A stretch of 64,000 nucleotides of DNA from Eledone cirrhosa (GCA_964016885.1 OZ024766.1:9858001-9922000); one strand, 5' to 3'; counted from the first letter of the stretch, positions 26,571 to 40,128 are shown. Made by a program: numbers and translations. The notes: generated by a model from the sequence alone, not told the origin.

Positions 26571-26635
26571 AGATAAACAAAGAGATATTTAAGATAGCTA
26601 GCTATATATATATAGAGAGAGAGAGACAGTCTTAC

Positions 26636-26807
26636 CCGATCGGGAGTTCCAAGGATGGTGCTGATCTTGGAAATTTGGTCAATTTCCGAATTGCCCGGGA
26701 AGAGGGGTCGACGAGTATAAACTTCGGCCATGATACAACCAACGGCCCACATGTCGATGGGGGAACTGTAGTTTGTGGCGCGGAGAAGCACTTCTGGAGC
26801 ACGGTAC
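26636..26807 (-). CDS. MAK: MAK/ICK kinase coding exon 6 ([57 protein letters not shown])
   Basis: 172 nt, cag/gtaaga; APE and DxWAxG motifs; visible in ORF 26522..26791. Confidence 0.97.
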
Positions 26808-26857
26808 CTGAGGTAGGTGGAGATTTAGTGAACGTTTCATTACTAAGTTGGTACTCG

Positions 26858-27700
26858 GAACAGAACCTAACAAAGGTTCTTACATAAAATTATCATGGAA
26901 GGGTTTTAGATAAATATAAACACTGTAAGAGGGTGTTTGGAACATAACTTACCAAAGGTTCTTACATAAAATAATGTTGGGAGGTTTTTAGATAAATATA
27001 AACACTTTAAGATGGTGTTTGGAACATAACTTAACAAAGGTTCTTACATAAAATAATGTTGGGAGGTTTTTAGATAAATATAAACACTTTAAGATGGTGT
27101 TTGGAACATAACTTAACAAAGGTTCTTACATAAAATAATGTTGGGAGGTTTTTAGATAAATATAAACACTTTAAGATGGTGTTTGGAACATAACTTAACA
27201 AAGGTTCTCACATAAAATTATCGTGGAAGGTTATTAGATAAATATAAACACTGTAAGAGGGTGTTTGGAACATAACTTAACAAAGGTTCTCACATAAAAT
27301 TATCGTAGAAGGTTATTAGATAAATATAAACACTTTAAGATGGTGTTTGGAACATAACTTAACAAAGGTTCTTACATAAAATTATGTTGGGAGGTTTTTA
27401 GATAAATATAAACACTTTAAAACAGTTTTGTATCATAGAACCAGGGGTGTTTGGAACATAACTTAACACAGGTTCTTACATAAAATTATGATGGAAGGTT
27501 TTTAGATAAATATAAACACTTTAAAACAGTTTTGTATCATAGAACCAGGGGTGTTTGGAACATAACTTAACAAAGGTGCTTACATAAAATTATGATGGAA
27601 GGGTTTTAGATAAATATAAACACTTTAAAACAATCAGTTTTGTATCATAGAATCAGGGGTGTTTGGAACATAACTTAACAAAGGTTCTTACATAAAATGT
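26858..27700. repeat. ~82-102-bp minisatellite
   Basis: Unit gaacataacttaacaaaggttcttacataaaat... Confidence 0.9.
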
Positions 27701-27759
27701 AACAAGATGGGTGGATATGGCTGCTTCTGACATGACCCGCTGGAATGAGTGTCCAAGCA

Positions 27760-28197
27760 CACTGTCCCCACGACCCTCTCGGGAGAATAGGACCCACTGG
27801 AAAGAGTGTTCGAGCACTCTGCCCCCCCCCCCCCCCCGCCCTGTCCCCACGACCCTCTCGGGAGAATAAGACCCACTGGAAAGAGTGTTCGAGCACTCTG
27901 TCACCCCCCCCCCCCTGTCCCCACGACCCCCTCGGGAGAATAAGACCCACTGGAAAGAGTGTTCGAGCACTCTTGTCCCCCCCCCCTGTCCCCACGACCC
28001 CCTCGGGAGAATAAGACCCACTGGAAAGAGTGTTCGAGCACTCTGTCACCCCTCCTGTCCCCACGACCCTCTCGGGAGAATAAGACCCACTGGAAAGAGG
28101 TGTTCGAGCACTCTGTCACCCCTCCTGTCCCCACGACCCTCTCGGGAGAATAAGACCCACTGGAAAGAGGTGTTCGAGCACTCTGTCTCCTCTCGGG
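27760..28197. repeat. ~72-bp minisatellite with variable poly-C
   Basis: Unit ctgtccccacgaccctctcgggagaataagacccactggaaagagtgttcgagcact. Confidence 0.9.
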
Positions 28198-28252
28198 AAT
28201 AAGTGGGCAAAGAAAACGAAAGAACTTGAAATGTAAAGCTGCAGGGACTTAC

Positions 28253-28385
28253 CACCGAGTTGATACGTAGTCCGTGTAGGGTGGCTGTGAACGGGTTTCT
28301 CTCACCAGACCAAAGTCTGCGATTTTAATGAGGTCTGGGCCTGAACAAAGCAGGTTTTCTGGTTTCAGGTCTCGATGGAAGAAAC
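28253..28385 (-). CDS. MAK: MAK/ICK kinase coding exon 5 ([43 protein letters not shown])
   Basis: 133 nt, tag/gtaagt; HRDLKPEN catalytic loop, DFG and the TDY activation motif typical of MAK/ICK. Confidence 0.97.
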
Positions 28386-28593
28386 CTAGAAGGTGGGCAC
28401 AGGAAGGCAGGAAGGAAGGAAAAGATGGTTAGGTTAAGTTAGGGGTCAGGGAGGAAGAGCTTTATACATAGACAGACACATATATGGTATATAGGAAAGG
28501 GTGTATGTCTGTGTGTGTGTATACATATATATATAATATATATAAATATATATATATACACACACACACACATACAGTGAGAGAAAGAGTTAA

Positions 28594-29506
28594 CCCTTTA
28601 GCATTTAAATGGCCAAATCCAGCCTTTTACTGTTCAAACCGGCCGTGACTGGCCACTCATACTGATGTTAAGGTATTGTACTCAAAATAAATAGCACCAA
28701 AATCTCATATATTCGATATTATGTGAGGTAAAGCCTTTACTGTGAAAATACAATAGTATATATAGAATAATGTAAATGTTATGTGAGATATTATGGGAGG
28801 TAAAGCCTTTACTGTGAAAATACAATAGTATATATAGAGTAATGTAAATGTTATGTGAGATATTATGTGAGGTAAAGCCTTTACTGTGAAAATACAATAG
28901 TATATATAGAGTAATGTAAATGTTATGTGAGATATTATGTGAGGTAAAGCCTTTACTGTGAAAATACAATAGTATATATAGAGTAATGTAAATGTTATGT
29001 GAGATATTATGTGAGGTAAAGCCTTTACTGTGAAAATACAATAGTATATATAGAGTAATGTAAATGTTATGTGGGATATTATGTGAGGTAAAGCCTTTAC
29101 TGTGAAAATACAATAGTATATATAGAGTAATGTAAATGTTATGTGAGATATTATGTGAGGTAAAGCCTTTACTGTGAAAATACAATAGTATATATAGAGT
29201 AATGTAAATGTTATGTGAGATATTATGTGAGGTAAAGCCTTTACTGTGAAAATACAATAGTATATATAGAGTAATGTAAATGTTATGTGAGATATTATGT
29301 GAGGTAAAGCCTTTACTGTGAAAATACAATAGTATATATAGAGTAATGTAAATGCTATGTGAGATATTATGTGAGGTAAAGCCTTTACTGTGAAAATACA
29401 ATAGTATATATAGAGTAATGTAAATGTTATGTGAGGTATTATGTGAGGTAAAGCCTTTACTGTGAAAATACAATAGTATATATAGAGTAATGTAAATGCT
29501 AAAGGG
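28594..29506. mobile_element. piggyBac-like MITE with internal 72-bp tandem array
   Basis: TTAA|CCCTTTAGCATTTA ... TAAATGCTAAAGGG|TTAA: terminal inverted repeats plus TTAA target duplication. Confidence 0.8.
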
Positions 29507-29563
29507 TTAATCAGGGGTGAAAGAGGGAGGGAGACAGGTAGTAATAAAATTTACTAGACTTAC

Positions 29564-29643
29564 CATTTTTATGCATAAAAGTGAGACCTTGTAAAATTTG
29601 GTAGATAATATTTCTAACAACAGATTCTGCAAGATGACGGTCT
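29564..29643 (-). CDS. MAK: MAK/ICK kinase coding exon 4 (DRHLAESVVRNIIYQILQGLTFMHKN)
   Basis: 80 nt, cag/gtaagt; visible inside ORF 29511..29879. Confidence 0.95.
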
Positions 29644-29724
29644 CTGTGTATATATATAGGGAGATATAGATTAACATACATAGTAGGGTAGGGTGTGTAT
29701 GTATGTATGTATATATATATATAT

Positions 29725-30332
29725 GTCAGGTCACCAGTTGGTGCTACTGGTAACATGTATCCCAGTACAACTTGTCCCATGGTCGGGTCGTTGGCGACTA
29801 AACTAGCAACCCCACCAAGGTTTCTTGGTGAGGAGGGTGACTTTGGACATCCTGCAGGACTAAAAACAAAACCTGTCAAAGGGCAAAGGAGCTCTTAAGA
29901 GTCAATGGCCATCCAAAATCACCGGGAGAGATGACCCCTTAGCCTTTGTCAAGGCAGAATTCTAGGAGAAGGAAAACTCTGATATAACACCTGCAACCCT
30001 GATGGTATCCAATGATGTTGACTTGTTCTTCTTTTTGGTAAATATCATCTTGGTTAAGAGAGTGGGACTGGCTTTGTGCAGTGCCTTTGCTCACTATAAA
30101 AGCTTCACGGCACAGGCATTGCTTTATATCTGGAGATCTCTCTGCACTTGTCGTCACATGGTACCATGGGCCCAGCACTATGTGTCAATAATTGTCACAA
30201 GTGTAGTGTTTGTACCAGAGTTTTCAAGTCGCTGACTGGACTAAAAAGTCACACTCGTTCAGCGCATCGGTAGGGGTTCTCCTACATGGATATAAAGTAG
30301 TGGCCGTACTCGAAAACGAGTTGGCAGCCACC
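29725..30332 (+). mobile_element. Non-autonomous RTE-like element inserted in (TA)n
   Basis: Partial near-identical copies at 18342-18768(+) and 32037-32300(-); ends ...gagttggcagccacc-(AT)n; relic C2H2 finger [20 protein letters not shown]. Confidence 0.6.
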
Positions 30333-30526
30333 ATATATATATATATAGTAATAATAATAAATTTGAAAACTAAAATCCAAAGAGGGCTCGATAAGGATAA
30401 ATATATATCAAATATATAAGAACCGTAGAGCAAATATTTATCAAAATAACAGATTAAAGTTTAAGCAAAGAATCGCTGCTTTCACCCTTAATGGGATCTT
30501 CTGAAACTTATTTTAATAAATATATA

Positions 30527-30844
30527 TCATCATTTCATTTTACGTCCACTTTTCCCTGCTTGCAAGGGTGGGACGGGAACTGATTCTGGCTTGATTTCTA
30601 CAGCTGGATGCCCTTCCTAACACCAACCTCATTTACAGTGAGTGCTGGGTGCTTTTTTTCCGTGGCACCTCCACGACCACTTTGCAGTGGAATGATAGGG
30701 ACCCCAGTCCCTATCATCTCATTTCTACAGCTGAGTAAACTGGAGCAATGTGAAATAAAGTGTCTTGCTCAAGGAAACAACACATCACTTGGTCTGAGAA
30801 TTGAACTCACAACCTTTCGATTGAAAGGCCACTAAGCCATGTGC

Positions 30845-30846
<2 letters not shown>
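30527..30846 (-). mobile_element. SINE family A (shortest, consensus-like ~320-bp copy)
   Basis: Complete head, body and tail with no internal expansion. Confidence 0.85.
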
Positions 30847-30885
<39 letters not shown>

Positions 30886-30887
30886 GT

Positions 30888-31318
30888 AGGGTGAAAGCCT
30901 CTCTGAAAGACGCTAACAGCTCTGCTGGTACATGGGAAAATATTGCTGCTGATCGTAATAAATGGAGAAAGACTGTATATGAGGGAAAAGTTGCCTTTGA
31001 GGCATCTCGAATCGCATATGAGAAAGTAAAGCGGGATGTGAGGAAGGGCATTGCTGTTGCACTTCCAGACGGCGAGGGTCCTCCTATGGTGCTGACATGC
31101 AGCGTCTGTGCGAGACTCTGCCTAAGCAAAGCTGGACTCGAAAGTCATCTTCGTAGTCATAAAGTAAGACCAGTGGTTGACTACCAGGCTGCTGTTGGAG
31201 ATGCTACTCATCATGCTTGCCAAACATGTGGTAGAGAATGTAAATCAGCAGGAGGACTCAAGCGACATGCAAAAGTACATGAACTCCAACCACAGCCGGC
31301 TATTGCCAGCGAATGTGA
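30888..31318 (+). mobile_element. RTE-type LINE C-terminus with two C2H2 zinc fingers
   Basis: WENIAADRNKWR followed by CSVC...HLRSH and CQTC...HAKVH; flanked by (TA)n. Confidence 0.75.
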
Positions 31319-31374
31319 CATATATATATATACACTCCTATATATAATAAATATATACACCCCCACACACACAC

Positions 31375-31418
<44 letters not shown>

Positions 31419-31571
31419 TATATATAATAAATATATACACCCTCACACATATATATATATACACATAGACACACTAAATATAATAAATATATACACCCCC
31501 ACACACACATATATATATATATATATATACACACACATAGACACACTAAATAAAATAAATATATACACCCC

Positions 31572-31620
<49 letters not shown>

Positions 31621-32387
31621 TTAGACACACTATATATAATAAATATATACACCCACACAAACATATATATATACACACATAGACACACTATATATAATAA
31701 ATATACACACCCACACACACATATATATATATATATAGACACACTATATATAATATATACACTCCCACACACATATATATACACACTATATATAATAAAT
31801 ATATACACCCACACACACATATATATATATACACACACATAGACACACTATATATAATAAATATACACCCCCCACACATACACATATATATATATACACA
31901 CATAGACACACTATATATAATAAATATATACACTCACACACATATATATACACCCCCATACACACACACATATATATATATACACATAGACATAGACACA
32001 CTATATATAATAAATATATACACCCTCACACATATATGGTGGCTGCCAACTCGTTTTCGAGTACGGCCACTACTTTATATCCATGTAGGAGAACCCCTAC
32101 CGATGCGCTGAACGAGTGTGACTTTTTAGTCCAGCCAGAGACTTGAAAACTCTGGTACAAACACTACACTTGTGACAATTATTGACACATAGTGCTGGGC
32201 CCATGGTACCATGTGATGACAAGTGCAGAGATATCTCCAGATATAAAGCAATGCCTGTGCCGTGAAGCTTTTATAGTGAACAAAGGCACTGCACAAAGCC
32301 CCCACATATATATATATATACACACACATAGACACACTATATATAATAAATATATACACTCCCACACACATATATATATACACACAC

Positions 32388-32418
<31 letters not shown>

Positions 32419-32475
32419 TAGACACACTATATATAATAAATATATACACTCCCACACACATATATATATACACAC

Positions 32476-32506
<31 letters not shown>

Positions 32507-32599
32507 TAGACACACTATATATAATAAATATATACACTCCCACACACATATATATATACACACATAGACACACTATATATAATAAATATATACACTCAC

Positions 32600-32721
32600 C
32601 TGTCTTTTAACATTTGGTAGAGATCCCCCTTCATATATTCAAATATAAAAAATAGTTCGTTATTTTCTCTAATTACTTCTTTTAATTTAACGATGTTTGG
32701 ATGGTTCAGCTTCCTCAGTGA
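32600..32721 (-). CDS. MAK: MAK/ICK kinase coding exon 3 ([40 protein letters not shown])
   Basis: 122 nt, cag/gtgagt; [10 protein letters not shown] and FEYM hinge motifs. Confidence 0.95.
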
Positions 32722-32799
32722 CTGCAACAACAACAACAACAACAACTATAATTATCAATATCTTGTTATAGTCATCAACATCATCATCATATATGTATA

Positions 32800-33525
32800 T
32801 CATCATCATCATCATTTCATTTTACGTCCCGTTTTTTCCCTGCTTGCAAGGGTGGGACGGGAACTGATTCTGGCTTGATTTCTACAGCTGGATGCCCTTC
32901 CTAACACCAACCTCATTTACAGTGACTGCTGGGTGCTATTTTGCCGTGGCACCTCCACGACCACTTTGCAGTGGAATGATAGGGACCCCAGTCCGTATCA
33001 TCTCATTTCTACAGCTGGATGCCCTTCCTAACACCAACCTCATTTACAGTGAGTGCTGGGTGCTTTTTTGCTGTGGCACCTCCATGACCACTTTGCAGTG
33101 GAATGATATGGACCCCAGTCCCTATCATCTCATTTCTACAGCTGGATGCCCTTCCTAACACCAACCTCATTTACAGTGAGTGCTGGGTGCTTTTTTGCTG
33201 TGGCACCTCCATGACCACTTTGCAGTGGAATGATATGGACCCCAGTCCCTATCATCTCATTTCTACAGCTGGATGCCCTTCCTAACACCAACCTCATTTA
33301 CAGTGAGTGCTGGGTGCTTTTTTGCTGTGGCACCTCCATGACCACTTTGCAGTGGAATGATATGGACCCCAGTCCCTATCATCTCATTTCTACAGCTGAG
33401 TAAACTGGAGCAATGTGAAATAAAGTGTCTTGCTCAAGGAAACAACACATCACTCGGTCTGAGAATTGAACTCACAACCTTTCGATTGCAAGGCCAATGC
33501 TCTAACCACTAAGCCATGTGCCTCC
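32800..33525 (-). mobile_element. SINE family A with 4 tandem ~127-bp internal units
   Basis: Unit tttctacagctggatgccc...ccctatcatctca repeated. Confidence 0.85.
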
Positions 33526-33843
33526 ATATATATATATATATATATACACACACATATATATATATATATATGTATATACCAGTGGCGAAGGGTAACCTGG
33601 AAAGCAGGGCATGCAGTCCAATCGCCATGGCGGAAAGTGGGGCTGTGCAGCCTTACCCCCCACCCCAACCCCCTCTAAATGACCCTCCCGGTCAAAGCCG
33701 CATGTAGTGTTATCTAGTGTGTGTGTGTGTGTGTGTTATCTTTTTTTGTGTCTATGATTTAGTAAGCAGCCAAAATTCTGTTTGCTTCAACCAACGCAAT
33801 TGACCAACTCAAGATTCTATAACACATGCACCCTTCGCTCCTG

Positions 33844-33877
<34 letters not shown>

Positions 33878-34529
33878 ATCATCATCATCATTTTACATCC
33901 ACTTTTCCCTGCTTGCAAGGGTGGGACGGGTCCTATTCAGCACAGCATCTCTCCACTTGTCACGGACCTTTGTCATCTCCTCCGTGAGCTTCAGCAATCT
34001 TAGGTCTGCTCTCACCACCTCTGCCCATGTTTTTCGTGGTCTACCTCTACTGGCATTTCTTTACCCAGCGGTCATCCTCCATGCGCATCACATGTCCATA
34101 CCGTCTCAGTCTTCTCTCCTGCACACCCCAGTTTATTTCTCTTATACAGTTTCACTCACCACCTCCGCCCATGGTTTACATGGTCTTCCTCTACTGCATC
34201 TTCCTTCTACTGGTATTTCTTGGCACTTCTTTACCCAGTGGTCATCCTCCATCTTTACCCAGCATCACATATCCATACCATCTCAGTCTTCTCTCCTGCA
34301 CACCACAACTTATCCGCCAGGGAAAAGCGGACATAAAATGATGATGAATTACATAATAAACAACACAATATAATTATTTGCCGAAGGTTTCATAAAACTA
34401 GATAATTCTTGCAGAAACATCCAGTTGGTTGGTCAGAAAAAAACAATTATAATTGTTTTGTGCTCAGGAGTACAAGTTAGAGAGTGGAACACGGAGAAAC
34501 TATACCCAAAACATACCCCACGTACTCAC

Positions 34530-34584
34530 CTTCACTTCCCGTAAGCTGACACAGTCGTCCCATGAGTAAAACTTCTTTTTCATT
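34530..34584 (-). CDS. MAK: MAK/ICK kinase coding exon 2 (MKKKFYSWDDCVSLREVK)
   Basis: 55 nt, cag acceptor and gtgagt donor; matches the MAK-family alphaC segment KFYSWxxCxxLREVK; phase fits both neighbours. Confidence 0.95.
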
Positions 34585-34694
34585 CTGTGGAAGATATAAG
34601 AAACAAACATGAATGGAGCTGTTATTTTTATCTAAAGACACTTTTTCTAATTCCAACCCGCCCGTCCCTTCAATCTATCTTATTTCTCATTCTT

Positions 34695-34730
34695 TCTTCT
34701 GATGAAGGACTAGCGTCTGAAACGTTAAGA
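34695..34730 (+). ncRNA. Minimal type-I hammerhead motif (Penelope-like)
   Basis: tctt-CTGATGA-AGGAC(TAGC)GTCT-GAAA-C-GTT-aaga; palindromic AACGTT stem III typical of dimeric minimal hammerheads. Confidence 0.65.
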
Positions 34731-34835
34731 CCCTCTTCCTGCTATATCAAGCGTTAACCTAATATATCCCTTCCATATACTGTACTGATTGTGTTGTTAT
34801 TTCTGTTTACCTTTTACATATATATATAGAGAGAG

Positions 34836-35230
34836 AGGCACATGGCTTAGTGGTTAGAGCATTGGTCTTGCAATCGAAAGGTTGTGAGTTCAATTCTCAG
34901 ACCGGGTGATGTGTTGTTTCCTTGAGCAAGACACTTTATTTCACATTGCTCCAGTTTACTCAGCTGCAGAAATGAGATGATAGGGACTGGGGTCCCTATC
35001 ATTCCACTGTAAAGTGGTCGTGAAGGTGCCACGGCAAAGAAAGCACCCAGGACTCACTGTAAAGTGGTCGTGGAGGTGCCACAGTAAAAAAGCACCCAGC
35101 ACTCACTGTAAATGAGGTTGGTGTTAGGAAGGGCATCCAGCTGTAGAAATCAAGCCAGAATCAGTTCCCGTCCCACCCTTGCAAGCAGGGAAAAGCGGAC
35201 GTAAAATGAAATGATGATGAAATGATGATG
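34836..35230 (+). mobile_element. SINE family A
   Basis: Head, body and tail similar to the other copies. Confidence 0.85.
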
Positions 35231-36309
35231 ATATATATCGTCATCATCAACATCATTTAACGTCCATCTTCCACGCTAGCATGGGTTAGACAGGAATTGT
35301 AACACTTGTGGCAAGATTGATCGGGTGTCCGTGTTTTGCTCATATAGGACTACCTGGCAGGTTTTCTACGGCTGCATGCCCTTCCTAACACCAACCACAT
35401 TTACAGTGTGAACTGGGAGCCTTTTTACTGTGTCTCCTACATGACCACATTACAGTTTGGACTGGGAGGTTTTTACCGTGTCTCCTACTTGTCCACTTTA
35501 CAGTGTGGACTGGGAGCCTTTTTACTGTGTCTCCTACACGACCACTTTACAGTGTGGACTGGGAGCCTTTTTACCGTGTCTCCTACATGACCACTTTACA
35601 GTTTGGACTGGGAGCCTTTTTACCGTGTCTCCTACACGACCACTTTACAGTGTGGACTGGGAGCCTTTTTACTGTGTCTCCTACACGACCACTTTACAGT
35701 GTGGACTGGGAGCCTTTTTACCGTGTCTCCTACATGACCACTTTACAGTGTGGACTGGGAGCCTTTTTACCGTGTCTCCTACACAACCACTTTACAGTGT
35801 GGACTGGGAGCCTTTTTACCGTGTCTCCTACACGACCACTTTACAGTGTGGACTGGGAGCCTTTTTACCGTGTCTCCTACACAACCACTTTACAGTGTGG
35901 ACTAGGAGCCTTTTGTTGTTGACACCTACACAACCACTTTAGTTTGGACTGGATGTTCTGTGGTACCAACATAAATTATATATATATATATATATATACA
36001 AATATAAGGAATTAAAACGTATCAAATATGTTTGATTTTTGTGTTACTCAATAAAAAAAAATGCTCAATAGGTTTTGCCCAGAGCTACAATAATTCAAAA
36101 TTAAAAGATATCATCATCTTCATCACCGTTTTACGTCCGTTCTTCCACGCTAGCATGGGTTAGACAGGTTGTCCTGTTGTGGGCAGTGTCCGGTCGGCTG
36201 ACCATGCCTTGCTCATACGGAAACTGATTCTGGCTTGATTTCTACTACAGCTGGATGCCCTTCCTAACACCAACCTCATTGACAGTGAGTACTGGGTGGT
36301 GGCACATCC

Positions 36310-37740
36310 ACGTCCACTTTACAGTGTGGGCTGGGTGCTTTTTAGCCGTGGCACCTCCACGTCCACTTTACAGTGTGGGCTGGGTGCTTTTTTACTGTGG
36401 CACCTCCACGTCCACTTTACAGTGTGGGCTGGGTGCTTTTTTACTGTGGCACCTCCACGTCCACTTTACAGTGTGGGCTGGGTGCTTTTTTACTGTGGCA
36501 CCTCCACGTCCACTTTACAGTGTGGGCTGGGTGCTTTTTTACTGTGGCACCTCCACGTCCACTTTACAGTGTGGGCTGGGTGCTTTTTTACTGTGGCACC
36601 TACACGTCCACTTTACAGTGTGGGCTGGGTGCTTTTTTACTGTGGCACCTCCACGTCCACTTTACAGTGTGGGCTGGGTGCTTTTTTACTGTGGCACCTC
36701 CACGTCCACTTTACAGTGTGGGCTGGGTGCTTTTTTACTGTGGCACCTCCACGTCCACTTTACAGTGTGGGCTGGGTGCTTTTTTACTGTGGCACCTCCA
36801 CGTCCACTTTACAGTGTGGGCTGGGTGCTTTTTTACTGTGGCACCTCCACGTCCACTTTACAGTGTGGGCTGGGTGCTTTTTAGCCGTGGCACCTCCACG
36901 TCCACTTTACAGTGTGGGCTGGGTGCTTTTTTACTGTGGCACCTACACGTCCACTTTACAGTGTGGGCTGGGTGCTTTTTTACTGTGGCACCTCCACGTC
37001 CACTTTACAGTGTGGGCTGGGTGCTTTTTTACTGTGGCACCTCCACGTCCACTTTACAGTGTGGGCTGGGTGCTTTTTAGCCGTGGCACCTCCACGTCCA
37101 CTTTACAGTGTGGGCTGGGTGCTTTTTTACTGTGGCACCTACACGTCCACTTTACAGTGTGGGCTGGGTGCTTTTTTACTGTGGCACCTCCACGTCCACT
37201 TTACAGTGTGGGCTGGGTGCTTTTTTACTGTGGCACCTCCACGTCCACTTTACAGTGTGGGCTGGGTGCTTTTTAGCCGTGGCACCTCCACGTCCACTTT
37301 ACAGTGTGGGCTGGGTGCTTTTTTACTGTGGCACCTACACGTCCACTTTACAGTGTGGGCTGGGTGCTTTTTTACTGTGGCACCTACACGTCCACTTTAC
37401 AGTGTGGGCTGGGTGCTTTTTTACTGTGGCACCTACACGTCCACTTTACAGTGTGGGCTGGGTGCTTTTTAGCCGTGGCACCTCCACGTCCACTTTACAG
37501 TGTGGGCTGGGTGCTTTTTTACTGTGGCACCTACACGTCCACTTTACAGTGTGGGCTGGGTGCTTTTTTACTGTGGCACCTCCACGTCCACTTTACAGTG
37601 TGGGCTGGGTGCTTTTTTACTGTGGCACCTCCACGTCCACTTTACAGTGTGGGCTGGGTGCTTTTTAGCCGTGGCACCTCCACGTCCACTTTACAGTGTG
37701 GGCTGGGTGCTTTTTAGCCGTGGCGCCTCCACGACCACTT
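36310..37740. repeat. 49-bp SINE-derived minisatellite
   Basis: Same unit as the internal segment of SINE A; related arrays at about 35400-35950 and 49555-49980. Confidence 0.9.
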
Positions 37741-38066
37741 TGCAGTGGGAGGGTGTGGGGGCATATTGTCTATTTATTTATATATATATACTGACAGAGA
37801 GAAATAGACATATATCTTATGAGAACACACACACACATATAGATAATGAAGTCCAAATGTACTGAATGTCCCTATATATATATATATATATATCATCATC
37901 ATCATCATTTTACGGCCGCTTTTCCCTGCTTGCAAGGGTGGGACGGGTCCTATTCAGCACAGCATCTCTCCACTTGCCACGGTCCTTTGTCATCTCCACC
38001 GTGAGCTTCAGCGATCTGAGGTCTGCTCTCACCACCACCTCCGCCCATGTTTTTCGTGTTCTTCAG

Positions 38067-38108
<42 letters not shown>

Positions 38109-38987
38109 GTAAAGTTATGTTGGTGCCGCGCCATCGAGGCCGAAACAAATGAGATCGTGTAGGTGTCACGACAAAAAAACACACAGTCCACGCTGTAATG
38201 TGGCCGTGTAGGCAACACGGTAAAAACCTCCCAGACCCACACTGTAAATGTGGTTGGTGTTAGGAAGGGCATCCAGCTGTAGAAAACCCGCCAGACAGTC
38301 CACGCTGTAATGTGGCCGTGTAGGCAACACGGTAAAAACCTCCCAGACCCACACTGTAAATGTGGTTGGTGTTAGGAAGGGCATCCAACTGTAGAAAACC
38401 CGCCAGACAGTCCACGCTGTAATGTGGCCGTGTAGGCAACACGGTAAAAACCTCCCAGCCCCACACTGTAAATGTGGTTGGTGTTAGGAAGGGCATCCAA
38501 CTGTAGAAAACCTGCCAGACAGTCCTATGCGAGCAAGACAATCACTCTTACCTCAAGTGGGACTACCCCCGTCCAAACCCATGCAAGCGTGGAACACGGA
38601 CGTTAAACGTTGATGATGATGATGATGATGATGATACATACATATATGTGTGTATGTTTTTTTCTATGTTTATATGTGTGTATATATGTATAAATACAGA
38701 CACATTCAAAGCCAGGCATACTATATAGAAGCAAGTGTACACATGTATACAATCACCCCCTCCACCCTGCTGCACTCCAGCCCACACACACAGTACCACA
38801 AAACCATACCACCACCACCACCACCAGCCATACCACCTTAGACAACACAATAAAAATACTTCAACTATACAACTAGGTACAAACAAGCACCCCAGCTGAG
38901 TTAATATGTGGTAGTGGTAGTGATGTTGATAAAGTTAATAGGAATGGCGGTGGTGAAAAAGAAAAGACTGAGAAAGTATATATATAT

Positions 38988-39462
38988 CATCATCATCATC
39001 ATCTCATCTCATTTTACGTCCACTTTTCCCTGCTTGCAAGGGTGGGACGGGAACTGATTCTGGCTTGATTTCTACAGCTGGATGCCCTTCCTAACACCAA
39101 CCTCATTTACAGTGAGTGCTGGGTGCTTTTTTTGCCGTGGCACCTCCACGACCACTTTACAGTGGAATGATAGGGACCCCAGACCCTATCATCTCATTTC
39201 TACAGCTGGATGCCCTTCCTAACACCAACCTCATTTACAGTGAGTGCTGGGTGCTTTTTTGCCGTGGCACCTCCACGACCACTTTATAGTGGAATGATAG
39301 GGACCCCAGTCCTTATCATCTCATTTCTACAGCTGAGTAAACTGGAGCAATGTGAAATAAAGTGTCTTGCTCAAGGAAACAACACATCACCCGGTCTGAG
39401 AATTGAACTCACAACCTTTTGATTGCAAGGCCAATGCTCTAACCACTAAGCCATGTGCCTCC
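38988..39462 (-). mobile_element. SINE family A
   Basis: As above, with one internal duplication. Confidence 0.85.
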
Positions 39463-39591
39463 ATTATATATATATATATTTTGATCATGCTTTATTTTTA
39501 TTTTTAATTTCATTCGCACCGTTTCCTTTCGCTATATGTCTCTCCACCACTCCCCTACACACCCTTTGAACTCTGTTCCCACACACTTCTC

Positions 39592-39623
39592 ACCTGAGGA
39601 AGGGCTTATGCCTGAAACGTCGT
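39592..39623 (+). ncRNA. Minimal type-I hammerhead motif (Penelope-like)
   Basis: ac-CTGAGGA-AGGGC(TTAT)GCCT-GAAA-C-GTC-gt; stem I only 2 bp. Confidence 0.55.
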
Positions 39624-39711
39624 TCCCCACCAACACCCCACTCTCCAGAGCATGAAATTAATAAACATTCGTTGTACAGCCTCTCTGTTTTGTTCCTGTT
39701 CAAATTTTTCC

Positions 39712-39754
<43 letters not shown>

Positions 39755-39899
39755 ATACTTTGGGAGGGTCATATATATATATAGTAATAATAATAAATTT
39801 GAAGGCTAAAATCCCCACCAACACCCCACTCTCCAGAGCGTGAAATTAATAAACATTCGTTGTACTGCCTCTCTGTTTTGTTCCTGTTCAAATTTTTCC

Positions 39900-39940
<41 letters not shown>

Positions 39941-40083
39941 ATACTTTGGGAGGGTCATATATATATAGTAATAATAATAAATTTGAAGGCTAAAATCCCC
40001 ACCAACACCCCACTCTCCAGAGCGTGAAATTAATAAACATTCGTTGTACTGCCTCTCTGTTTTGTTCCTGTTCAAATTTTTCC

Positions 40084-40128
<45 letters not shown>

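Noticed and set aside
30770-30846. tRNA gene
   Set aside because: A/B boxes are present but form the head of a multicopy SINE continuing into a CORE-like body.
30891-31427. Host C2H2 zinc-finger gene
   Set aside because: Fingers follow an RTE ORF2 C-terminal motif (W...DR..WR), bounded by TA repeats with no splice signals.
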